Under the pieces are notes generated by a model that saw only the letters and a program-made list of their open reading frames with translations, was not told the origin of the DNA and did no database searches. A program made the position numbers and the translations under genes. From Schmidtea polychroa (taxonomy: Eukaryota): a DNA stretch of 64,000 bases. Below, piece after piece: positions 38,951-50,767 of this stretch (positions are counted from its first letter, which is position 1; each line of letters opens with the position of its first letter). The DNA lies in assembly GCA_044892525.1 (NCBI GenBank), contig CM097885.1:38814001-38878000 (forward strand), read 5' to 3'.

Positions 38951-41254
38951 ACTACTTATATATGTATATATGAATATTTTGGAAAAAGGAAAATTGCACT
39001 TTGTGGTAACTTATTTTTTTCAAAAAACAAAAATCTAAAATTTCTTTCAATAATTTTAACATAAAATCACGTATAAGATGTAATTTTAATAAAATATTAA
39101 ATTAATTGATTGCAATGATAAAATGATTAGAAAAAAAATAACCGACTAACCGGTTTAATAAAACCGCGGTTTTCGGTTTTAATTATTTTTAAAAAACCGC
39201 GGTCAGAAACCCTACTCAGAACTATATATAGTTGAATCGGTATAAATAATATATAAAGTGAATAGTAATATATTGTTAAATAAATTTCAAATTGAAATAA
39301 TGAATAAATTGTGGTTAATGTGCTAAAAACCCCAAATATGGACTTCAATATTGGAGCTTTACCAGTGAGGGTAAATTTACAAATAGTTAAAATTCTATGG
39401 GTAAAAATCAGACGTAAAGAAATTAATTATTATAAAATTATTATGGCTATTGTTCTTATCATTTTATTATTATTTGTATTGTTGTTACGATTATGAGTGC
39501 TATTAAATTTTATTATTGTAGAATAATTATTATTGGGTATTATCATCATTATTATTAGCAATATTAGTAATACCAGTGTTATTATTGTGGTGTTATTTTA
39601 TATTATCATCATTTATTATTATTTATAATATTATTAGGATTATAGTCAGTATTATTATTATTATTAATATTAATATTAATATTAATTTTATTATAAAATT
39701 ATCATAAAAACTTTCTTATCGAATTGAAGGCTTTCCTTTTGTCAGGTGTCATTGGTGTTAGCATAACCGAATTGATCAAATCTATAAATCTAATTTATAA
39801 AGAAAAGTCTACATGCCGGGGGTGCCTGCGCACTAGTTGACTTTTGGAATCGCCGAGTAATGCATTACCAGCATTTCAATTCATCCATGCCAACCAGAAG
39901 CAATTCAGTAATGAAAAAAAATATAAATCTAAGGCACAATAGTGCCGAAATTAAAAAAAATCTACAGTGGTACATAAGTGCCATTAGAATAAAATTTTTT
40001 TTAAATTAAATTATGGATAAAATCTCATTAAAATAAAATCTCAGAATTTTATACGTAAAAGAGCATAACAGATAATTATTTGAAATTTTTATGTTAGTAT
40101 TGTAAATTTCTGTTTTATTTGAATTTCTCAAAGCAGGATTTCTGGCATTATTTTGTATTCCAAAAAACACCATTTTCCATATACCTATGTGTCTCTTATA
40201 AATCAAATAACTGAGACCCAACACAAAACAAATTTATTGATTCTCAATACAATTTACAACTCCTCACAATATTTGTACTTTTCTCTAAGAATTTAGTTAG
40301 TTCACAAAATTTAGTTATCATAATGGGTTTTCTTGAACGTTAAGTTGATTTAATGTTTACATTCAAGGTTTTTTCTTTCGTTTGGTTTACTTCTACTTGA
40401 TTCGTTTCTAATTCTATTCAAATAATTATTTTAAATCTTTTTCTCCTCGACCAACTGGCGATTAGTTTTTCTGCAGCTCCTTTTATACTTTCTCTCCAAA
40501 AACATTTAAATTATTGTTCAGCAATTGTTCCCGAAATTCAGGTTTAATTGCTTCCACAACAAGTCAATTCATCGGTCTCACCTTTGATGCTTTATTTAAA
40601 AATCACTTAATAATTTTAAGGGCTTCCATTACTGTTCAGCTTTCTATGCGTCTCGTTTTTTTTCGCAGTGCTCCTGTTTCCTATTGACTCGAGTTTCTCA
40701 TTAGCTGATTAATTAATTTTAATTAGTTTGTTATTTCGTCAGAACTTCTCTAGGGATCGCTCACTAAAATTCAACAAGATGAGTATACAACAGCTTTGTG
40801 TGATGTAAAATATGTACTTATGCTGACTTAGTAGATATATTTTCTAAATTGAACGAATTAATTTTACAATTAATAATAAAAAATAGAACCGATATATTTT
40901 CAGCTCATGTTAAAATAAGAGCTCTTACAAAAAACGTTTGTAGTGAAAAATAATGTCCAGTTTTGTAAATATGACTGCTTTGATATATTCTAAACTTTTA
41001 TCAATGAAAGTGAAGTAACAACATATAATAAGATTTGGACAGACTTATGGAAAATTTAGATTTTTATTTCTATGATAAATATACTTGGGTAATAAATCCA
41101 TTTCAAAGTGGTTTTGTTACCGATATATCGATGAAAAAGACGAGTTGATTGAGGCGTATGATGATAGTGCTGTAAAATTTAATCTTAAACGTCGGGTTAA
41201 AAAACATCCAACCTTACACACTGAAGTGTTAAGAGCATTGCTTCTTTTCACAAC

Positions 41255-41424
<170 letters not shown>

Positions 41425-42829
41425 CGAAGTTCGATTTTCGACAATGGTTGCAATAAAAAATAATTATTGATGCAAATACCTGTCGAAAATGTTATTACCA
41501 AAAATAGAAAGCAATCACATTCATCCCATGTAGTGGGTCCTTCCCGGGATTTCACCATTATAAAACCCGGGAATTTAAAAAAATAAAATTTTGGAAGAGC
41601 AGTGAGATTCTGAGATAGCTTCGAAAAATGTCCGCCAAATTGTGAAGTTAAGAAATCAGCCGTAAAAAATACTGTGCTTCAAAAATATATTAAAAACGAG
41701 CATGGAAAAAAACTCAATCTCATGTTGGATTCTCAGACTAGTTAGAACAGTATTGCTCCAATGTTGAAACGATATTTATTGTTGAAATCCTGTATTAAAA
41801 AAGCGTTGATAAATCTAAACTTGTCGGTTAAATTAAAAGAAAATGAGATTGCAAAGTTGGAGGAATTGTTAAGTGTCTTAAAACCAGTACAATTGGCGGT
41901 TGAAGCACTTGGTACAAGAGATTGTAATCTTGTTACTTTAGAGGAAATTATAAAGTTTCTCTTCAATTCTGTTCGATATTTACCTGGTGCATTAGCAACA
42001 AACTTGTTAGAAGCTCTGCAGAATAGACCATCTGAAAAGTGTTCAAAAGATTTAATTTCGCTTGCAATGTTTCTGCAAAATCCAGAAAATTTATAATCTG
42101 ATACAAATAACTGTCACTTGAATAGTTATGCACAGTTTTTTGCTGAATCATCAATTTCCGAAGTATCTAAATTAGCTGTTGGGCTAGAACTGACTTCTAG
42201 ACCCAAAATTTCTAATTGTGACTGAAATGTGTAAGTACACAGCATGCAAAAAGCAAAAAGTATAGTTAAATATCAAAAACTACACCAAATAAACAATAGT
42301 AATTAAAGGAAAAAACAACAAAAACCTAAACACAGAAATTAAATAAAATTATACCCAAAAGCAAGAGGTTATGCAAAATAGAACTCGAAAATAACCAAAT
42401 AAACACAGATAAACATAAAACAGACTCGAATAACTTAAAAGATGGTAAAAACAGAAAAAAATTCCAGAAAAACCCAGAACATTCCATAAAAATGGCGATG
42501 ACCATCATAAAAGCTACCCTAAACAATAAAATTTAGAAAATAAATAAATTGGTAATAAAAATAAAAAATCTTAAAAAAAGAAATTCATAAAAACATCAGT
42601 TAAAATAAAAATTAAATTAAAAGTAAAATAGAATGTTCTGGAACCGTTCCAAATCCATCATGGACACCAAATTAACGAAAAATAATTAAAATATAAAAAT
42701 AAAAACAAAAATTATGGCACAAAAATTGCCATTAAAAATATCAAAATCGCAAAATAGAAAATTCTGGAATAAAAAGAATTCGAGTTTGTTTTAATGCATC
42801 AATACATACACGTGTACTAAATAGGTATA

Positions 42830-44344
42830 TAGTGGTGGCGAAATTTAATTATACTTTTGAAAAACTTAAATATATAAATGTGCAATGAGCATTCAATGAT
42901 TAAATCTTGATTTAACTATTCATTTTACTTATTTTGTTTTATAAAATCACTAAAAGTATCAATTGTTTAAATAATGTATTTTTTATGAACTTTTTAAAAC
43001 TTTCTTTAAAATTTTAACGGCGAAATTTATTTATACTTTTTTATAAAATGATGTGAAAATAAAATTATTTTATTTTTTAGATGATTCCGGATAATATACG
43101 TCAATTAGTGTTTGAAAAACGAAATTTAGGTTACACATATCAAAAGATTGCAGAGGAATGTGATTTAACAAAATCGACAGTTCAACTGATAATAACTAGA
43201 GAATTAAAAGTTCAACCAAGGAAAAGAGGGCCAAAATTAAAAATAAACAAAAGACAAAGTACCACTCTAAAAAGATTTATTTCAAATGAAAATCAGAAAG
43301 GAAACAAAGTCAACACAACCAAGATATTAAGTGGCACTCAACTAGAGATAAAACATAGAACGTTGCGTGATTGGCTTAAGAATGATTTTAAATATTTAAA
43401 GGCCACACAAAAGATATCTTTGTCTGTAAATCACAAAATTACTAGAATGAATATTGTGAGTAACTGGATTGAAAAAAATGTTAACTGGCAAAGATGTGTA
43501 TTCTCGGATGAAAAACGTTTTTGCCTTGACGGTCCAGATAATTGGTAAGATTTGTGTAATATCTATACTGAACATTTTTCCAAATGTTATTAGGAGCACG
43601 AACACAAAAATTAACGAAACAATTAATCGTCAGAGGCGTCCAGTTGGAGGCGGAGGTATAATGTACTGGGTCATGGTTATGCCGAATGGCCTAGTAGCAT
43701 TACGACAATTAAAGGGAAAGCAGAATTCTGAAAAATATATTACTTTGCTTGAGTCATTTGCTGAGCCATGCATGAAATTGAATTTGATTGGTTCTTTCTC
43801 TTTCATTCATGATAATGCCAGTATCCACAAATCCTCTTCAGTAGAACAATTTCTGAATAATCAAAGTTTCGAAACTACATTGGCATGCAAAATCTCCAGA
43901 CTTGAATTTAATAGAAAACATATGGAAAATGATATCGGATCTTGTCTATGAGGGTTTACAGCCTAAAAACAACAAAGATTTGGAACAAAAGATATGGCAT
44001 GCAGTCGGTGAGATTAACCAGAGAAAAAGATTGGTGGTTGTGGATTTATTTAAAACATTTAGATGTAGATTAACTAAGGTCTTACGTTGTAACGGAAATA
44101 TAATAAATTGATAAGGTTTTCTATTTCAATTCGCGAGGTATAAATAAATTTCGCCATTAAAATTTTAAACATATTTAAAAATGAGTCATATAAGTTACAT
44201 TATTTAAATTATTGATACGTGTAGACACTTTATAAGACAAAATAAGTAAAAAGAATAGTTACATTAAGTTGTAATCACTGAATGGTCATAGCTCATTTAT
44301 ATATTTAAGTTTTTCATAAGTATAATTAAATTTCGCCACCACTA
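42830..44344 (+). mobile_element. Tc1-family transposon; transposase 43081-44111 with a 49-nt intron (43545-43593) and one frameshift near 43880
   Basis: ~215-bp imperfect TIRs starting TAGTGGTGGCGAAATTT with inner repeats and TA TSD. Motifs FSDEKRFCLDGPD, HDNASIH and SPDLNLIENIW. Confidence 0.94.
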
Positions 44345-45399
44345 TATATACTGACACGTTTCAGTCACAATCAATCTTTTATGCCAATATTTTGCTGAAG
44401 AATTTTCTGGAAAATTATTAGTAAGCCTTTTGATTTGATGTAATTTTATGCTACGTAATCATATTAATATCAACCTTTTGTTCATTAAAAATATTATTAA
44501 GATTTTATGTTTTAGTAATTCCCGACGGATCAGCGGCGTCCGAGTACGTCTCTGATCGGTCCTGCATATAATTCTTAAATTCTATTTCTCATGCACACAT
44601 GCATTATTATTATCTATAAAACCCCTTTTTGTTCGGGTCAGCCGGAGGTCGAACTACTTCATGGTCCTGCCATGGAGTTAGGTCGAGGAAACCCTCCGCC
44701 TGACTCGTTGTATTTATGTAAGGTCGACCGTAAATGGTTGACTCAACACTCAACACTAAGGTTTGTGGAAGTGGTCACAGTGGGGCCATGGAAGCAATAT
44801 TCTTCCCGACCTCCTATGCAACACATATTTAAAATCAAAATTTAAAATCATGAACAACAACTCTACACTAAGGTCATAATTTGAGTAGAACTCATACCTA
44901 AACTTACACAATTCTGCAATCACAGTAATGCAGCTGGTTGATCAATAATAACAATCTTAGTTATACTTAGTCATTTGCCGAGTTAGATTTTGTAATAGAA
45001 GTTTATGGTAAAGTAATAGAAATGAGAGAGATATTCGGCATACGTATAGGAATAACTTAATCTAGATAGGTTAATTCAATGTAAAAGTAGATATTCTAAA
45101 TCCAAAAAGTTAAATTACGAATTCCCACTTGAAAATATTCATAAATGTATAAATACTTAGTGTAGCTTTTATAAATAATTATAAGATCTTAGATAATTAT
45201 ATTGATCTTAAAATGTAGATCATTAATAGGTAAATAATGGAAAGTATAGATTTTGTGTATGAAAATTTTATAACTAATTATATAAATGGGGAATTTCGAG
45301 AAATACAACTTATAAATGGCTACCAATAAACCTGAAGAATTTTTGGAAACTATGTTGATCACATAAAGGTAATTCATAAGAAGTTAGGTAAAGTTGACT

Positions 45400-45770
45400 A
45401 GAAGATCATAAAGTGTAAAATATAAAATTATACATTATAAAATAAAAATTTTTAAAGTGTGGAACATAAAATCGTAGAATTTTTAAACCTAAATTTATAA
45501 ACTAGAAAATATATAAATTATAAAACCTAAATTCCTAAATTATAAGACATAATATTATAGATTATAAAATATAAAATTATAAAGTATAAAATATAAAGTC
45601 GTAAATTATTAAATATAAAATTATGAACTATAAAATATATAACTAGAAATTATAAAGTATAAATTTGTAAATTGTAAAATACAAAATTTTAAATTACAAA
45701 TGGAAATTTATAACTTGCAAAAGGTAACATTCTAAATTATAAAATATGAATTCCTAAATTGTGAGATACA
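45400..45770. repeat. Degenerate 7-bp (TATAAAN) array in unit C; counterpart at 38480-38900 in unit B
   Basis: For example aaattat aaagtat aaaatat ... aaattat aaagtat. Confidence 0.7.
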
Positions 45771-45810
45771 AAATATGAAGTGGTAAAATAAAAAATTGTA
45801 TTACCATTAG

Positions 45811-46040
<230 letters not shown>

Positions 46041-46480
46041 TTAAATCCTCGATTATACATAACTTAATTGTTAGTAATAATTTTGCCCTTAGTGCATATA
46101 AGTTAATTACAGGTATTCGTATATATATATATATATCTTTAATCATGGTAGAGTATACTATTAAACCTATAAATACTATATCAATTATAGATTATTATTA
46201 TTAGTAGTGATTATTAATTCCAAAAATCAATCCAATATCGATTTAGGAATTTCCTAAAATTTTAAAATTAGAAATAACCCTTTTGAGCCAATCGGAGGGA
46301 TCAGAAGTCTGGAAAACTATTTCTAACAACACCCCCCCCCCCCCGGTAGAGGGTCACTAATATTCAAGTCATCTAGGGATATGGATGAGAGGGTATGACC
46401 CACCACATAAGCCCACACCAAATGGGTAATCAAATATCTAATTGTTATTAAATTAAAGAAACAAAAGAATTTTTACAATT

Positions 46481-46780
46481 TTATTCGAGCAATAAATTAT
46501 CATGCACAATTTGTTTTGAATACAAAGTCCTGATTATGCACCAAGAATCGTAGGGCGAGTTCCAGAAGCTGAACCTCGATAGCTCCAGCTGAAAAAAAAT
46601 AATCATCAAATTGTCCCTAAATTAGGTATATAAGATCAAGAGATAGATTACCTCAAATGAATAAACGATGATTTTACCACTCATAACGAATACAACCAGG
46701 GGAAGAATAAGTGAGCAAGGGACTGAGCTCGTCACTAGTACCCTTCGCCTGGCGTAACCGCATTTAGTGGAAATATTCAT
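46481..46780 (-). CDS. Candidate two-exon 78-aa cargo ORF (46780-46652, 46588-46481) with a hydrophobic segment
   Basis: MNISTKCGYARRRVLVTSSVPCSLILPLVVFVMSGKIIVYSFE|LELSRFSFWNSPYDSWCIIRTLYSKQIVHDNLLLE*. 63-nt GT-AG intron with a T-rich acceptor. AATAAA overlaps the stop. Confidence 0.4.
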
Positions 46781-47156
46781 ATTTACCTAAAATTATCTAA
46801 AAAATTCTAAAATTTCAACATTTAAAATTCAAATTACCAACTAGTGGTAAATAAATGCCGAATGGTTAAAATAATAATTTAAAACAAAACCATTTTTTTG
46901 GAGATTTTCGGTTCGGGTATGGATTTTCTAACGTTAACGCTTAACTTTAATAAATTTTTCTTTAATTTGGCTAATTAAAAAGTATATCAATAAATTAAAT
47001 AAAATTTGGTTATGTTAGAAGTATTTATATTAATTATAATAAATTTAGTAGTTAAGTATTATTGATTTCAAACAAGAAATTTCTGTATGTTTGGTTGTGA
47101 CGTCTATTTATAAGTCACAGTGGTCAGGCATGGGTCTTAATATTTATATTACAGAC

Positions 47157-47501
47157 ATGTCTCAATCCAGCTCTATCAGTGACGAGGGTACTGACCAGCA
47201 GACGATCACCCGACTCCGGACCCGGTACGTTTGGTACCACATCCATCGGTGGAGTCAGGGACGGGACCTGGATTGCGCAGGTCAAGTAGATGCCCCGGCA
47301 TGGGTGAAGGTGGAGCCGGAGAATAACCGGTTGCAGGAGGCCCGAGATCAAGCGGCCTGGGATGTGGAAGCCGCTCAGATCCGGCTTAAGAAGATAGAGC
47401 TGCAAATCAGGGCAGAAAAGGAGGGAGTGCCACTGGAAGAATTAGAGGAGGTCGAGGTACCCCCGAGAAAGAGGGGAAGGCCCCGCAAGCACCCCGCGTG
47501 A
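47157..47501 (+). CDS. 114-aa AT-hook protein, cargo of unit C
   Basis: GC-rich intact ORF MSQSSSISDE...PPRKRGRPRKHPA with a canonical C-terminal AT-hook (KRGRPRK). TATTTATAA upstream, TTACAG just before the ATG, AATAAA at ~47624. Confidence 0.72.
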   Translation: MSQSSSISDEGTDQQTITRLRTRYVWYHIHRWSQGRDLDCAGQVDAPAWVKVEPENNRLQEARDQAAWDVEAAQIRLKKIELQIRAEKEGVPLEELEEVEVPPRKRGRPRKHPA

Positions 47502-47753
47502 TTGTGGGAGGACAATTTGCTTGACGTAGACAATTTATTTTTATGTGAACTAAATATTAGAAGTCTGCTGTGTTTATTTCATATTTTATTTGTATATTAA
47601 TAGACGTCGGGTGTTTATTCTCGAATAAAGTATTTTTCATGTGTTTTGTAAATCACTTGATAGATGGAGGGGTATAAGGATGCCCTAGTAGGAAATGCTA
47701 ACACTAATTCATTAATTTCACTACTTATTGTTTTAACTTTCTTTTTGGGTATA

Positions 47754-48250
47754 ATGGGAATTAATGAATTTCCTCTTTACTGTACAAATTGATGGAAAAT
47801 CTACGCAAGGATCGGGAGCAGGCCCAACAACAAACCGACGAACTCCGAGTCCGCGTGGACAAATTGAAAGGAAAATGTCGGGAGTTCGAGGGGACCTGGT
47901 TTAGTCCCGAAGCGATGAAGAAGAAAACAGACCAGATCCTCCAGCTGCAGACACAGGCCACTCAGGACCAAATGGAGATTCGCGCCCTGAAATTGCAGGT
48001 GCGGGCGCTCGAGACCGAGCGGAACGAGCGGTTTGTGCAAGAATCCGCAGCAAGACAAATACGGCCACTGGCCGTTGAACTCGCAACCATATATCCCCCA
48101 GCCGCTGAAAATAAGCCCAAAAGAAAACGGCTTGGGCGAAACATCCGTGAAAAATTAAAGAAGGCCAGACTGGCCGAGTACGAAAGGCAAGCGGGCTCAT
48201 CGCAAACGTCTACGTCGGGACTAACCGGCCCCACCAACCGGCCGAGTTGA
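47754..48250 (+). CDS. CxxC/coiled-coil/'TWFSP'/basic-tail protein, cargo of unit C (probable 1-nt deletion near 47791)
   Basis: GC-rich ORF 47789-48250, homologous to 52046-51333 (TWFSP motif, KRKR tail). Upstream MGINEFPLYCTN joins it if one base is restored. Confidence 0.7.
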
Positions 48251-50767
48251 ACATTTATTCCATGTTATGTAATTTTGTAGTGTGTTTTATATACCTTGCA
48301 GTACTAAAAAAATATTTTTTTTTGCTTGTTACAATAATACGTATTTTGTAGCGTTAAATAATGTCTGAGATACTTATGATTGCCTGAGAGACGAGAGCTT
48401 GTGTGTAAGGTTGGGAGAACAATTTTGATAAAGGGACCTGAGAAATCAGACACACCTTCTATCGGAGTGCTCGACAATTATAGTGCTTTGATGTGCTCAC
48501 TTTTTGCGAGTACTCAACCCCTTGGTACAGTACCAACGTTGATTACTCAACGGGTACCAAGCGGAAACTAATGTTGCATGTTGGGTTACGCTGGTAACAA
48601 CACTTAATCATTCGACCACCTGTAACCCACCATACATAGCAAAAGATCTGGTAATCCAATATTTTTCTGATGACCGGGAGATAGCCATAGATAATGATTC
48701 AGATTTATGCGAGATAATTGATGCACCAACAACAATCGATACAACATCACCATCAACTACAAACGACTTGTTGAAGTCTTCGGCAAGTGCAACAAGTAAA
48801 TCACAGAAAACTATGGAGGTAGTAAAACTTGACAAAACATCTATACAAAAGGAGATGAGATTATATGCGGCAATAGGAACAATGACACATACTCTTAAAG
48901 AAGTTATAATTCAGTAATGACGATCAAACCAACATCAACGGAATCGGAGCGAGTTTTTTCTGGAACAATTGTAACAAAAAAACGAGTGGGTTTATCAGAT
49001 CATTCAATTGATGTTTTATGATTTTTAAAAACATTTTAAAAAGCTCGAATAAGTTTAAAAAATATACCCTATTAATCTTTTTATTTTTATTATTATTTTT
49101 TGTAAATAAATATAATGGATTATAGTACAAATGTAAAATTTTTAATATTAAAAAATTTCCCGGTTTCCGGGTAATCCCGAGATTAAAAAAACGTCCGGGC
49201 ACAGCACCCACTAATCTCATGCATCTTAATTATGCTGAAATATGTGCTTTTAATAAATTAAAGTTTTTGATTTTGCCTTGTTTTTTTACTGGTGGGTCTC
49301 TTCTGGTAAAAATATGGGAAACCCCGGTTTAGACATTTTTTAAAAAACATTTTCTTAAATTCTTAAATAATTTCTTGAATTTTACGCAATAAAATTTTAA
49401 GTTTTTAAAAGTTATTGCTCACATCAACAATGACACCATTGATCAAAAATTTCGACTTCGACTTCAAGGTTCTGGTTGTTACTATTTAATACAAAAATTG
49501 ACAAATCTTGCCTGACATGTTAAGTCTTTTTACATTGCTTATTATGCTTTTTATGTTTAGCACTGTTTAAAAATGTACGTTAAAGTTTCGATAATATCGG
49601 AATGGTGAGTCTTATATAAATAAATAAGACATACTTGATTTAGAAAGTTTTATTTAAAATTAACGAAAACAAATTTTACAAATTTGTTCTAAGCATATAA
49701 TAATACTTTGTTTTGACTTGAGGTTCTTGAACTTTATATACTCTAATTCATAGGTTCCCAACCTTTTTTGGGTAGTGACCCCTTTTTAGAATAGCCAAAT
49801 TACATGTTACCCCGATACAATTGAAAAAGGCAATTTTAATAAGGTAATTAAAAATCAACTAAAATAGTTTTTTTAGTATTCTTGTTTCGACCAGTCAGAG
49901 GGGGGAATGACTTCTACCTCTGACTGGCGGTTTTTGTTTTGGTTTTTGTCGCGTCTGTGTGCGGAATTCTTGTCAAATTAAAGTTTCAATGTTTTTTTCC
50001 TGTATTCACTCGAATCAATACTTTTATTTTAACTTATCTTTAATAATTAATTTAATGCGCTATTTGAAATTGTATGTTATTAACTTATTAGCGGGTGAGT
50101 TTTTGCTAACGCCAACCTCATGTCATTCTCAATATTTAATATTTTTCTTCCATTTATTTTAAATAGGAATTCTTAAGTCTCGGGTTTTTCAAAGTCCCGG
50201 GACTCGAGACTTATTTTGCTCTTCAATAAAATTGTATAAAAAAGTGCTTGTATGTTATATTGTGTGTTAAAAACGAAATTTAATTAAATTACATATTTTT
50301 AATACATTTATAAAATTCAGGAATACACAAAAACATAATTGTAACCATGAAAACATTTAAAAGTATTATACATAGGTATATATTTATTTTTGTCGAGCGA
50401 AATAAGCTTTTAAAAATAATAATGCATTTAAAGATCAATCAAATACTTCTATTACAGTTAGATATATTGCATGATTTATGCAAAGTTCATTGTACACTAT
50501 ACTTTCACGTCCAAACCTTTTCATGACACTAGCTCCATCAGTTGTTGTTGCTACAATTTCGCTTTTGAAATCAATTTCAAATTCACCTAAACGACTTTCA
50601 ACCATTTTTCGAATTTCGAAGGAGTCACATTTTTTCTGAAATGTACAGAAGTCCTCGATTAAATATATCGTTGTCAGCATGAGTGATGATATTGAAATAT
50701 CGTCTATTTTTTAAACTCGTCCATTCATCCATTGTTAGACTAAAGCGAGCTTTCGCTTCTTTCAAAC

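Noticed and set aside
46320..46346. Poly-C run after AACAACA read as a polypurine tract plus LTR start on the minus strand
   Set aside because: The TAGC flanks and homology to unit A put the end of the unit at 48632-48636, so this run appears internal. A composite origin is not fully excluded.
47761..48237. Antisense ORFs overlapping the cargo, Tigger and pol ORFs
   Set aside because: Shadow frames of real coding sequence.
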